This document shows positions 13,572 through 26,049 of a DNA stretch of 64,000 nt, piece by piece. The DNA lies in assembly GCA_951406725.2 (NCBI GenBank), contig OX597832.1, forward strand, positions 22,382,001-22,446,000, given 5' to 3'. This stretch comes from Octopus vulgaris (lineage: Eukaryota). Positions within the stretch are counted from its first letter, which is position 1; every line of letters begins with the position of its first letter. The notes below the pieces were generated by a model. It worked only from the letters and a program-made list of their open reading frames with translations. It searched no databases and was not told the DNA's origin. Position numbers and translations under genes: made by a program.

Positions 13572-14102
13572 TTATTACCTCCCCCTTACCAAAGGCGGAG
13601 GTATTGTTTTCAGTCGTATTTGTTTGTTTGTCCGTGGACAAGATATTTCAAGAACCGCTGGATGGATTTGGATGAAACTTTCAATGATGTTTGGCACAAA
13701 CCGACCAGATTTTGAGATCGATCCGGTACAAGGATCCTGTTTCAGATTATTTTTCCCTATAACATTGCACCTGATATCATACCTTGTAACTATAAGGGGA
13801 AATTAAACTTATTATAATACGTTAGTGTTTAATATAGATTCTAGCAAAATGACAGTTAACCCCCCCCCTGGTGGGAGTGGTTCCCCTCCCACACCTCGTA
13901 TGACAAGGATTCTGGATTATTTTTCCTGTTTTTCTTTTCACTTAATTTTTGAGAGCGGTCGGGTTCATTTTTAGCATTCTCGTTTGTGAGAGCAGTCGAG
14001 TTTATTTAAGATATTCTCATTTAAAAAATCATCTCTGGCTAATCGTTGAGATGACATTGGTGTTGCCTTGGCGCAGGTTTGCGCCTTCTGAGTGCTCTTG
14101 TT
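13572..14102 (+). mobile_element. Helentron-associated non-autonomous element (HINE/DINE-1-like)
   Basis: 5' TTATTACCTCC...GGCGGAGGT subterminal inverted repeat, short (TTTG)n, 3' GGCGCAGGT followed by a small hairpin and TT. Confidence 0.65.
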
Positions 14103-14768
14103 ATTATTAATTGTGAAACAAAGAAAAAATAAAGTACGTATGGATGTCTGTTTTATCTTGTACTCAAAAGTAGCTTTATGATTTAAACACTAAGAAAAAA
14201 ATCTCTTTAGCATTGACAACTGAAATAGAATGATTAATGGGTTTTATAATTTCCGCGAAATAACCATGGGCCTTGTCAGCGCCGATTGCGACCGCAGCGG
14301 GGTTTTGGCAGGGTAATTACAGCGTCTAAAAAATTATCATGTAGTAGTCATGGGTACGAATCCTAGACGAATCGTTATCTTTTTCCTTTTAAATATGATT
14401 TAATGAAATATATATGAGAAATATGTGTTAATAAATAGCCTACAGGTAGTTGTATTTTGCAGATGTTATTTAAAAAAAAACCCATTACTTTACTTAACAT
14501 ATACGGATGTCGTGGTCAAAGGTATGCGTGAGCTTGTGTAGGTGTGTATAGACAATTTATTTAGAGGTTCCGTATACCAATTTTCGCCTCAAGCCATTGG
14601 TCAGTTCATGACAAAGTACAAGACACTTGACTAAGATGCCGTATAGTAAGTCCGAAATCGTAAGATTGCGTAGACAACTTCGAATCACACAGCCATGGCT
14701 TCACCCTGAGAAGTTAAATTTAGTGAATTATGTTTTTCAGTCGATTCATTAATAGCTCTTCCGAAGTC

Positions 14769-14840
14769 GGCTCGTTGGTCTAGGGGTATGATTCTCGCTT
14801 AGGGTGCGAGAGGTCCCGGGTTCGAATCCCGGACGAGCCC
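14769..14840 (+). tRNA. tRNA-Pro(AGG)
   Basis: GGCTCGTTGGTCTAGGGGTATGATTCTCGCTTAGGGTGCGAGAGGTCCCGGGTTCGAATCCCGGACGAGCCC, followed by an oligo-T terminator. Confidence 0.97.
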
Positions 14841-15612
14841 TCCCTTTTTTTCTCTTATAATGTGTTTTGTACAGAGAGCATGGATTCATATTAAACAAAG
14901 TAATGTTGTGGTCTTATATTTTCTTTTTCCAACAGCCTACAAATATTATCCAAGCAACTACAATAGGAAATTAAGTTTGTAAAGAGGCTACAAGTATATA
15001 ACGTTACACTTTACAAAAGATACTAGCAAGTAAAGTTACATTTAAACCCCAGATGCAAGTACTTCCACCCCGGCTTCCACTGGTCCACCCTTACATCCCA
15101 CCACGTCTGAGAAACCTTTCCTCGGGTGCAAGCGGTCCCTTTCAATGGGTGCAAAAGATCATAGCCTCTTCCCCTGGACAAACGTTTTATTGCTTTGTGT
15201 GCACCAGTCTGATATGTGTGGCCATGCTGGAGCAAAGCCATTCGTCTTTGCTTTTAACATATTTCTTTGAGAAGAATGCTTTTGTTTTTCCGTTTATCTT
15301 TTTAGAATATTCCCTCAGACTTCACGTCTTATGATTAGGAGAAAAGTATAATTAAATCTATTAAGACGAATATTGTTGCTACATACATACATACATACAT
15401 ACAAAAATACATACATACACACGTACATACATACATACATACATACATACATACATACATACATACATACATACATACACACACACACATACATACACAC
15501 GTACATAAATATATACATACATACAAACATGCAAATACTTGATTTCACATCAACAATAATTAAATTCACTGATACATATTTTCAATTGATTTCTTTGCCA
15601 TCGAACGCAGTT

Positions 15613-15684
15613 GGCTCGTTGGTCTAGGGGTATGATTCTCGCTTAGGGTGCGAGAGGTCCCGGGTTCGAATCCCGGGCGAGCCC
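15613..15684 (+). tRNA. tRNA-Pro(AGG)
   Basis: Full 72 nt, U7-G66 wobble, long oligo-T downstream. Confidence 0.95.
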
Positions 15685-15757
15685 ATTAACTTTTTTTTTT
15701 ATTTTTTTATTATAGATATATGTAGTATGAGGAACATGGATTCATATTAGACTACGT

Positions 15758-16035
15758 GCTGAAACTTGAAATTTAAAACCGCCACCACTTTAAACACAAC
15801 CGGCCAGATATCGTTGTGTGGTACCACAAAGAATAGATATGGTATGTTGGGAAAATAAGCTACCTGATGGGTACGATTGTGGTTAGAAATATACAAGAGA
15901 AAGAGGACATCTATGGACCATTGATAAGGAGATTGCAAATCCAGTATCCAAGATAAACTGCTAGCTTCACACCTATTACGACTGGAGCAAAAAGATACAT
16001 AACAACCTGTCTGGAGCAAAGTATAGCTGAATTTA
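15758..16035 (+). pseudogene. Fossil restriction-like endonuclease fragment of an R4/Dong/HERO-type non-LTR retrotransposon, one per array unit (also ~17494, 19487, 21234, 23953, 25708)
   Basis: With one frameshift and one stop, the 23953 copy reads YWNLKIKTATTL-HNRPDIVVWDHEE*IWSVVEIS...QEKEDIY.PL..RLQIQYP...FIPI.TGA, an RPD...E...K..Y PD-(D/E)xK pattern. Confidence 0.8.
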
Positions 16036-16097
16036 GCGTCTTGGGAGAGAGAATGAAAATCCTCAATTCATATTCCACAAATAATCACGTTACAGGT

Positions 16098-16169
16098 AGC
16101 TCGTTGGTCAAGGGACATTATTATCTCTTTGGGTGCGCGTGATGCCGGGATCGAAACCTGTACGATCCG
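16098..16169 (+). pseudogene. tRNA-Pro pseudogene (TGG-like)
   Basis: AGCTCGTTGGTC...CTTTGGGTGCG...GATCGAAACC, with broken stems and B-box. Confidence 0.8.
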
Positions 16170-16539
16170 TTCTTTATTTAAAAAAAAAGTTTTAATGATA
16201 CATCTTCGAGAGAAATATAGATTAATAAGAAGAATACATGCCACAGATGTTTGCACATATTTTAAAGAAAACACTTTTTGTCTGGCTTTAAATTAACAAA
16301 TTCACCGCAGTTAGAGTTGTGTGTGTGTGTGTGTCTGTCTGTGTGTTTAGAGAACTTACTTAGAGTTTTTGTCGAGCATTTTCTATGACAACCATTGGTC
16401 AGTCCATGGCTACACTACAAGACACTTGACCAATATGACGTGTAGCAAGACCAGATCTAAAGCCAAAGTCACGGGATTGCGTCGCGAACTTCTGTATCAC
16501 ACGTTTTTCAGTCGATTCATTAGACTTTGTAACTAAATC

Positions 16540-16611
16540 AGCTCGTTGGTCTAGAGGAATGATTCTCGCTTCGGGTGCGAGAGGTCCCGGGTTCGAATCC
16601 CGGACGAGCCC
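16540..16611 (+). tRNA. tRNA-Pro(CGG), variant (G1A and a D-loop change)
   Basis: Full length, first acceptor pair mismatched. Confidence 0.8.
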
Positions 16612-17353
16612 TCTTTTGTTTCTTTTACTTATAATGTATTTTGTACAAAGAGCATGGATTCATATTAAATAACATAGTGTTGTGGTCTTAGATTATTTTT
16701 CCCAATTGCCCACAAGTATTATCCAAGTAACTACAATAGGAAATTAAATTTGTAAAGAGGCCACAAGTATACAACGTTAAACTTTACTAAAGATACTAGC
16801 AAGTAAAATTACATTTAAACCCCAAGTGCAAGTGCTTCCACCTCGGCTTCCACTGGTCCACCCCTACATCCCACCACGTCTGAGAAACCTTTCCTCGGAT
16901 GCAAACGGTCCCTTTCAATGGGTGAAAAAGATCATGGCCTCTCCTCCTAGACAAACTTTTTATTGCTTTGTGTGCACCAGCCTGATATGTGTGGCCCTGC
17001 TGGAGCACAGTCACTGGTGTTTCGATTTTAACATATTTCCTTGAGAAGAATGCTTTTGCCTTTTCCGTTTATCTTTATAGAATATTCCCTCAGACTTCAC
17101 GTCTTATGATTAGGAGAAAGATATAATTAAATCTATTAAGACGAATATCGCTGCTACATACATACATACATACATACAGACATACATACATACATACATA
17201 CATACATACATACATACATACACACATACATACACACACACGTACATAAATATATACATACATACAAACATGCAAATACTTGATTTCACATCAACAATAA
17301 TTAAATTCACTGATACATATTTTCAATTGATTTCTTTGCCATCGAACGCAGTT

Positions 17354-17425
17354 GGCTCGTTGGTCTAGTGGTATGATTCTCGCTTAGGGTGCGAGAGGTC
17401 CCGGGTTCGAATCCCGGGCGAGCCC
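17354..17425 (+). tRNA. tRNA-Pro(AGG)
   Basis: Full length, oligo-T downstream. Confidence 0.95.
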
Positions 17426-17833
17426 ATCAACTTTTTTTTTTTTTTTTTTAGATATATGTAGTATGAGGAACATGGATTCATATTAGACAACGTGCTGGAA
17501 CTTGAAATTTAAAACCGCCACCAATTTAAACACAACCGGCCAGATATCCTTGTGTGAGACCACAAAGAATAGATATGGTCTGTTGTGGAAATCAGCTACC
17601 TCATGGGTACGATTGTGGTGAGAAAACTACAAGAGAAAGAGGACATCTATGGACCATTGATAAGAAGATTGCAAATCCAGTACCCAAGATACACTTCTAG
17701 CTTCATACCTATTATAACTGGAGCAACAAGATACATAATGGCCCGTCTGGAGCAAAGTATAGCTGAATTTAGTGTCTTGGGAGAGAGAATGAAAATCTTC
17801 AAATCATATTCCACAAATAATCACGTTACAGGT

Positions 17834-17905
17834 AGCTCGTTGGTCGGGAAGCATTATTCTCTCTTTTGGTCCGAGTAATCCCGAGATCGAAACCTGTGCG
17901 ATCCG
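17834..17905 (+). pseudogene. tRNA-Pro pseudogene
   Basis: Same decayed slot as 16098. Confidence 0.75.
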
Positions 17906-18498
17906 TTCTTTATTTAGAAAAAATGTTTTAATGATACATATTTGTGAGAAATATAGATTAATAAGAAGAATACATGCCACAGATGTTTGCACATATTTAA
18001 AAGAAAACACTTTTCCCAAATGCCCACAAGTATTATCCAAGTAACTACAATAGGAAATTAAATTTATAAAGAGGCCACAAGTATATAACGTTAAACTTTA
18101 CTAAAGATACTAGCAAGTAAAGTTACATTTAAACCCCAAGTGCAAGTGCTTCCACCCCGGCTTCCACTTCGAGAGAAATATAGATTAATAAGAAGAATAC
18201 ATGCCGCAGAAGTTTGCACATATTTAAAAGAAAACACTTCTTGTCTGGCTTTAAATTAACAAATACACCGCAGTTAGAGGTGTGTGTGTGTGTCTGTCTG
18301 TGTGTTTAGAGAATTTACTTAGAGTTTTTGTCGAGCATTTTCTATGACAACCATTGGTTAGTCCGTGGCTACACTACAAGACACTTGACCAATATGACGT
18401 GTAGCAAGACCAGATCTAAAGCTAAAGTCACGGGATTGCGTAGCGAACTTCTGTATCACACGTTTTTCAGTCGATTCATTAAACTTTGTTACTAAATC

Positions 18499-18570
18499 GG
18501 CTCGTTGGTCTAGAGGTATGATTCTCGCTTCGGGTGCGAGAGGTCCCGGGTTCGAATCCCGGACGAGCCC
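18499..18570 (+). tRNA. tRNA-Pro(CGG)
   Basis: Full length, all stems intact. Confidence 0.96.
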
Positions 18571-19350
18571 TCTTTGTTTCTTTTACTTATAATGTATTTT
18601 GTACAAAGAGCATGGATTCATATTAAACAACATAGTGTTGTGGTCTTAGATTATTTTTCCCAATTGCCCACAAGTATTATCCAAGTAACTACAATAGGAA
18701 ATTAAATTTGTAAAGAGGCCACAAGTATACAACGTTAAACTTTACTAAAGATACTAGCAAGTAAAATTACATTTAAACCCCAAGTGCAAGTGCTTCCACC
18801 CCGGCTTCCACCCCGGCTTCCACCCCGGCTTCCACTGGTCCACCCCTACATCCCACCACGTCTGAGAAACCTTTCCTCGGGTGCAAGCGGTCCCTTTCAA
18901 TGGGTGCAAAAGATCACGGCTTCTCCTGCTAGACAAACTTTTTATTGCTTTGTCTGCACCAGCCTGATATGTGTGGCCATTCTGGAGCACAGCCATTAGT
19001 CTTTTGCTTTTAACATATTTCTTTGTGAAGAATGCTTTTGTTTTTCCGGTTATCTTTTTAAAATATTCCCCCAGACTTTACCTCTTATGATCAGGAGAAA
19101 AGTATAATTAAATCTATTAAGACGAATATCGCTGCTACATACATACATACATACATACATACATACATGCATACATACATACATACATACATACATACAT
19201 ACATACATACATACATACACATATACATACACACACACGTACATAAATATATACATACATACAAACATGCAAATGCTTGATTTCACATCAACAATAATTA
19301 AATTCACTGATACATATTTTCAAGTGATTTCTTTAAAGTCGAACGTAGTT

Positions 19351-19422
19351 GGCTCGTTGGTCTAGGGGTATGATTCTCGCTTTGGGTGCGAGAGGTCCCG
19401 GGTTCGAATCCCGGGCGAGCCC
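19351..19422 (+). tRNA. tRNA-Pro(TGG), located in the AGG slot
   Basis: CTTTGGGTG anticodon loop, with AGG-slot flanks and G66. Confidence 0.93.
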
Positions 19423-19828
19423 ATTAACTTTTTTTTTTTTTTTAGATATACGTAGTATGAGGAACATGGATTCATATTAGACAACGTGCTGAAACTTGAA
19501 ATTTAAAACCGCCACCACTTTAAATACAACCGGTCAGATATCGTTGTGTGGGACCACAAAGAATAGATATGCTCTGTTGTGGAAATCAGCTACCACATGG
19601 GTCCGGTTGTGGTTTGGAAGAATACAAGAGAAAGAGGACATCTATGGACCATTGATAAGGAGATTGCAAATCCAGTACCTAAGATACACTTCTAGCTTCA
19701 TACTTATTATGACTTGAGCAACAAGATACATAACGGCCCGTCTGGTGCAAAGTATAGCTGAATTTAGCGTCTTGGGGGAGAGAATGAAAATCCTCAATTC
19801 ATATTCCACAAATAATCACGTTACAATT

Positions 19829-19899
19829 AGCTAGTTGGTCGAGGGCGTTATTCTCTCTTTGGATGCGAGTGATCCGGGGATCGAAAACTGTACGATCCG
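19829..19899 (+). pseudogene. tRNA-Pro pseudogene
   Basis: Decayed slot. Confidence 0.7.
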
Positions 19900-20249
19900 T
19901 TTTTCATTTTTAAAAGTGTTTTAATGATATATCTTCGTGAGAAATATAGATTAATAAGAATACATGCCGCAGAAGTTTGCACATATTTTAAAGAAAAAAC
20001 TTTTTGCCTGACCTGAATTTAACATACACTGCAGTTAAAGGTGTGTGTGTGTGTTTAGAGAATTTACTTAGAATTTTTAGTCTAGCATTTTCTATCACAA
20101 GCCATTGGTCAGTCCTTGTCTACACTACAAGACACTTGACCAATATGACGTGTAGCAAGACCGGATCTAAAGCCAAAGTCACGGGATTGCGTAGCGAACT
20201 TCTGTATCACACGTTTTTCAGTCGATTCATTAGACTTTGTAACTAAATC

Positions 20250-20321
20250 GGCTCGTTGGTCTAGAGGTATGATTCTCGCTTCGGGTGCGAGAGGTCCCGG
20301 GTTCGAATCCCGGACGAACCC
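20250..20321 (+). tRNA. tRNA-Pro(CGG), variant (G70A)
   Basis: Full length, C3.A70 mismatch. Confidence 0.82.
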
Positions 20322-21089
20322 TCATTTGTTTCTTTTACTTATAATGTATTTTGTACAAAGAGCATGGATTCATATTAAACAACATAGTGTTGTGGTCTTA
20401 GATTATTTTTCCCAATTGCCCACATGTATTATCCAAGTAACTACAATAGGAAATTAAATTTGTAAAGAAGCCACAAGTTTACAACGTTAAACTTTACTAA
20501 AGATACTAGCAAGTAAAATTACATTTAAACCCCAAGTGCAAGTGCTTCCACCCGGCTTCCACTGGTCCACCTTACATCCCACCACGTCTGAGAAACCTTT
20601 CCTCGGGTGCAAGCGGTCCCTTTCAATGGGTGCAAAAGATCACGGCCCCTCCTCCTAGACAAACTTTTTATTGCTTTGTGTGCACCAGCCTGATATGTGT
20701 GGCCATGCTGGAGCACAGTCACTGATGTTTCGATTTTAACATATTTCCTTGAGAAGAATGCTTTTGCCTTTTGGGTGTATCTTTTTAAAATATTCCCCAA
20801 GACTTTACGTCTTATGATTAGGAGAAAGATATAATTAAATCTATTAAGACGAATATCGCTGCTAAATACATACATACATACACACATGCATACATACATA
20901 CATACATACATACATACATACATACATACATACATACATACATACATACATACATACACACATACATACACACACACGTACATAAATATATACATACATA
21001 CAAACATGCAAATACTTGATTTCACATCAACAATAATTAAATTCACTGATACATATTTTCAATTGATTTCTTTGCTGTCGAACGCAGTT

Positions 21090-21161
21090 GGCTCGTTGGT
21101 CTAGAGGTATGATTCTCGCTTAGGGTGCGAGAGGTCCCGGGTTCGAATCCCGGGCGAGCCC
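21090..21161 (+). tRNA. tRNA-Pro(AGG)
   Basis: Full length, oligo-T downstream. Confidence 0.95.
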
Positions 21162-21567
21162 GTTGACTTTTCTTTTTTTTTTTTTTTTTTTAGATGCATG
21201 TAGTATGAGGAACATGGATTCATATTATACAACGTATTGAATCTTGAAAATTAAAACAGCCACCACTTTAAACACAACCGGCCAGATATCGTTGTGTGGG
21301 ACCACAAAGAATAGATATGGTCTGTTGTGGAAATCAGCTACCTCATGGGTCCGATTGTGGTTAGAAATATACAAGAGAAAGAGGACATCTACGGACCATT
21401 GATAAAGAGATTGCAAAACCAGTACCTAAGATACACTTCTAGCTTCACACCTATTATGACTGGTGCAAAAAGATACATAACTGGAGCAAAGTATAGCTGA
21501 ATTTAACGTCTTGAGGAAGAGAATGAAAATCCTCAATTCATATTCCACAAATAATCACGTTACAATT

Positions 21568-21639
21568 AGCTAGTTGGTCGAGGGGCGTTATTCTCTCTTT
21601 GGATGCGAGTGATCCGGGGATCGAAAACTGTGCGATCCG
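21568..21639 (+). pseudogene. tRNA-Pro pseudogene
   Basis: Decayed slot. Confidence 0.7.
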
Positions 21640-21995
21640 TTTTTCATTTTTAAAAGTGTTTTAATGATATATCTTCGTGAGAAATATAGATTAAGAAGAA
21701 TACATGCCACAGAAGTTTGCACATATTTTAAAGAAAAAACCTTTTGCCTGACTTGAATTTAACATACACTGCAGTTAAAGGTGTGTGTGTGTGTGTGTTT
21801 AGAGAATTTACTTAGAATTTTTAGTCTAGCATTTTCTATCACAAGCCATTGGTCAGTCCTTGTCTACACTACAAGACACGTTATCAAAATGACGTGTAGC
21901 AAGACCAGATCTAAAGCCAAAGTCACGGGATTGCGTAGCGAACTGCTGTATCACACATGTTTTTCAGTTGATTTATTAGACTCTGTAACTAAATC

Positions 21996-22067
21996 GGCTC
22001 GTTGGTCTAGAGGTATGATTCTCGCTTCGGGTGCGAGAGGTCCCGGGTTCGACTCCCGGACGAGCCC
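21996..22067 (+). tRNA. tRNA-Pro(CGG)
   Basis: Full length, T-loop TTCGACT. Confidence 0.93.
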
Positions 22068-22336
22068 TCGTTCGCTTTCTTTTATATCTCTACTAATAAA
22101 ATATTTTGTTTGAGGATCATTGATTCATATTAGCCATCCTGTTTTAGTTTTCAGATTTTTTTCCCTACAACATTACGTCTAATTTCAGACCTTGAACTAG
22201 AAGAGAAAATTAAATTTTATAAAGATTCCACAAGAATACGATGATAGTTTTTACTATAGATTCTCTCAACTAAAGTCACATTTAACCTCAGCGAATTATA
22301 ATTTTCAGTTGACTCATTAAGCCCGTAAGAGAACTC

Positions 22337-22408
22337 GGCACGTTGGTCTAGAGGTATGATTTTCGCTTTGGGTGCGAGAGGTCCCGGGTTCGAATCCCGG
22401 ACGTGCCC
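22337..22408 (+). tRNA. tRNA-Pro(TGG)
   Basis: Full length, compensatory acceptor pair (GGCACGT/ACGTGCC). Confidence 0.93.
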
Positions 22409-23082
22409 TATTCTCTCCTTTTTTTTTATATAATGTATTTTGTATGAGGAGCATGGATTCATATTAAAAACACATGCTGATGTGGTTTTTAAATTTTCTT
22501 CCAGCAGCATTATACCCGATATTATACAAAGTGACTAGAAGAGGAAATTAAATTTATAAAACGGACACAAGTATATAACGTTAGACTTTACTAAAGATTC
22601 TAGCAACTAAGATTACATTTAACCCCAAGCTACACGTGATTCCGCCCTAACTTCGACTGGTTCACCTCACCTCCCACTTCGTGTGAAAAGTCTTTACCCG
22701 GTGGCGAGAGGTCCCTTTCCAAGGTTGGAAAAGGTCTCGGTTTCTCTTCTCAGGAGAACATTTTATTCCTTTGTGTATTCCAGCCAAATGTGTGTGGCCA
22801 TGCTGGAGCACCGCTGATGGTTTTTTTTCTTTTAACATATTTCCTGGAGAAGAATGTTTTTGCATTTTCCATTTATCTTTTTAAAATATGACCCTAGACT
22901 TTATATCTTATGATTAGGAGAAAAATGTAAATAAATCTGTAGAGGCGAACGTTGCTGCTAAATTCATACTTATATACATACATACATACATACATACATA
23001 CATACATGCATACATGCATGCATGCATGCATGCATGCATACATACATACATACATACATACATACATACATACATACATACA

Positions 23083-23434
23083 TGATGGCCGTCCACTCGT
23101 GACCGAGGAAGACCATTGCCGACCTCCAGGAACATTGTGCGCTCTAGGACTAACTTATATTTTGCATTTGCGGCTCCGTTGGTGGCTAATGAGCCCTGCT
23201 CTTGACAAGCATACACGACTGCAATCATTGCAGACCAAACTTTCCCCATTCACTATACGAGCCGTGCGCTTTCGCGCAGCTCGCTTAAGTTCTTCATGCT
23301 GGATACGTGCTCTCTCAAAAGTGTCGATCCCCTCCTTAACCTGCTTCCTCCATCTGTGGAGATGTCAGGCATTGTTCTCCCAGTCAGCGCCCAGCATATC
23401 ACAGACCTTTAATGAGGACTTGACACAGTCCTTA
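23083..23434 (-). mobile_element. 5'-truncated RTE-type LINE 3' end in (CATA)n
   Basis: Reads KDCVKSSLKVCDM...WENNA*HLHRWRKQVKEG...CNDCSRVCLSRAGLISHQR (C-terminal zinc-finger-like), then a short 3' UTR and a (TATG)n tail. Confidence 0.8.
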
Positions 23435-23819
23435 CATACATACACACACACATACATACATACATACATACATACATACATACATACATACATACATACA
23501 TACATACATACATACATACATACATACATACATACATACATACATACATGCATACATACATACATACATACATACATACATACAAACATACATACATACA
23601 TACATGCATGCATGCATACATACATACATACATACATACATGCATGCATGCATACATACATACATACATACATACATACAAACATACACACATACATACA
23701 CACACACGTACATAAATATATACATACATACAAACATGCAAATGCTTGATTTCACATCAACAATAATTAAATTCACTGATACATATTTTCAAGTGATTTC
23801 TTTGCCATCGAACGCAGTT

Positions 23820-23891
23820 GGCTCGTTGGTCTAGAGGTATGATTCTCGCTTAGGGTGCGAGAGGTCCCGGGTTCGAATCCCGGGCGAGCCC
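23820..23891 (+). tRNA. tRNA-Pro(AGG)
   Basis: Full length, oligo-T downstream. Confidence 0.95.
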
Positions 23892-24293
23892 ATTAACTTT
23901 TTTTTTTTTAGATATTTGTAGTATGAGGAACATGGATTCATATTAGGCAACGTACTGGAACTTGAAAATTAAAACAGCCACCACTTTAAACACAACCGGC
24001 CAGATATCGTTGTGTGGGACCACGAAGAATAGATATGGTCTGTTGTGGAAATCAGCTACCTCATGGGTCCGATTGTGGTTAGAAATATACAAGAGAAAGA
24101 GGACATCTATAGACCATTGATAAAGAGATTGCAAATCCAGTATCCAAAAGACACTTTCATATTCATACCTATTACGACTGGAGCAAAAAGATACATAACA
24201 ACCTGTCTGGAGCAAAGTATAGCTGAATTTAGTGTCTTGGGAGAGAGAATGAAAATCCTCAATTCATATTCCACAAATAATCACGTTACAGGT

Positions 24294-24365
24294 AGCTCGT
24301 TGGTCGAGGGACATTATTATCTCTTTGGGTGCGAGTGATCCCGGGGTCGAAACCTGTACGATCCG
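24294..24365 (+). pseudogene. tRNA-Pro pseudogene (TGG-like)
   Basis: Decayed slot, CTTTGGGTGCGAG retained. Confidence 0.8.
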
Positions 24366-24734
24366 TTCTTTATTTTAAAAAAAGTTTTAATGATACATCT
24401 TCGAGAGAAATATAGATTAATAAGAAGAATACATGCCGCAGAAGTTTCCACATATTTTAAAGAAAATACTTTTTGTCTGGCTTTAAATCAACAAATACAC
24501 CGCAGTTAGAGGTGTGTGTGTGTGTCTGTCTGTCTGTGTGTTTAGAGAATTTACTTAGAGTTTTTGTCGAACATTTTCTATGACAACCATTGGTCAGTCC
24601 GTGGCTACACAACAAGACACTTGACCAATATGACGTGTAGCAAGACCAGATTTAAAGCCAAAGTCACGGGATTGCGTAGCGAACTTCTGTATCACACGTT
24701 TTTCAGTCGATTCATTAGACTCTGTAACTAAATC

Positions 24735-24806
24735 GGCTCGTTGGTCTAGAGGTATGATTCTCGCTTCGGGTGCGAGAGGTCCCGGGTTCGAATCCCGGAC
24801 GAGCTC
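24735..24806 (+). tRNA. tRNA-Pro(CGG), variant (C72T)
   Basis: Full length, G1-U72 wobble. Confidence 0.87.
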
Positions 24807-25570
24807 TCTTTTGTTTCTTTTACTTATAATGTATTTTGTACAAAGAGCATGGCTTCATATTAAACAACATAGTGTTGTGGTCTTAGATTATTTTTCCCAA
24901 TTGCCCACAAGTATTATCCAAGTAACTACAATAGGAAATTAAATTTGTAAAGAGGCCACAAGTATACAACGTTAAACTTTACTAAAGATACTAGCAAGTA
25001 AAATTACATTTAGACCCCAAGTGCAAGTGCTTCCACCCCGGCTTCCACTGGTCCACCCTACATCCCACCACGTGTGAGAAACCTTTCCTCGGGTGCAAGC
25101 GGTCCCTTTCAATGGGTGCAAAAGATCACGGCCTCTCCTGCTAGACAAACTTTTTATTGCTTTGTGTGCACCAGCCTGATATGTGTGGCCATTCTGGAGC
25201 ACAGCCATTAGTCTTTTGCTTTTAACATATTTCTTTGAGAAGAATGCTTTTGTTTTTCCGTTTATCTTTTTAAAATATTCCATCAGACTTCACGTCTTAT
25301 GATTAGGAGAAAAGTATAATTAAATCTATTAAGACGAATATCGCTGCTACATACATACATACATACATACATGCATACATACATACATACATACATACAT
25401 ACATACATACATACATACATACATACATACATACATACACACATACATACACACACACGTACATAAATATATACATATATACAAACATGCAAATGCTTGA
25501 TTTCACATCAACAATAATTAAATTCACTGATACATATTTTCAATTGATTTCTTTGCCATCGAACGCAGTT

Positions 25571-25642
25571 GGCTCGTTGGTCTAGTGGTATGATTCTCGC
25601 TTAGGGTGCGAGAGGTCCCGGGTTCGAATCCCGGGCGAGCCC
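25571..25642 (+). tRNA. tRNA-Pro(AGG)
   Basis: Full length, oligo-T downstream. Confidence 0.95.
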
Positions 25643-26049
25643 ATCAACTTTTTTTTTTTTTTTTAGATATATGTAGTATGAGGAACATGGATTCATATTA
25701 GACAACGTGCTGGAACTTGAAAATTAAAACCGCCACCACTTTGAACACAACCGGCCAGATATCGTTGTGTGGGACCACGAAGAATAGATATGGTATGTTG
25801 GGAAAATCAGCTACCTCATGGGTCCGATTGTGTTTTGGAAGAATACAAGAGAAAGAGGACATCTGCGGACCATTGATAAGGAGATTGCAAATCCAGTATC
25901 CAAGAGACACTTTCAGATTCATACCTATTATGACTGGAGCAGAAAGATACATAACGGCCCGTCTGGAGCAAAGTATAGCTGAATTTAGCGTCTTGGGAGA
26001 GAGAATGAAAATCCTCAATTCATATTCCACAAATAATCACGTTTCAGGT

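Noticed and set aside
22704-22715. GCGAGAGGTCCC matching tRNA-Pro in the spacer (weaker versions near 15125)
   Set aside because: Only 12 nt match and there is no cloverleaf. It may be a very old remnant but cannot be supported.
23366-23368. In-frame TGA shared by both RTE fragments as possible selenocysteine or recoding
   Set aside because: The two copies derive from one duplicated insertion, and no SECIS was recognised.
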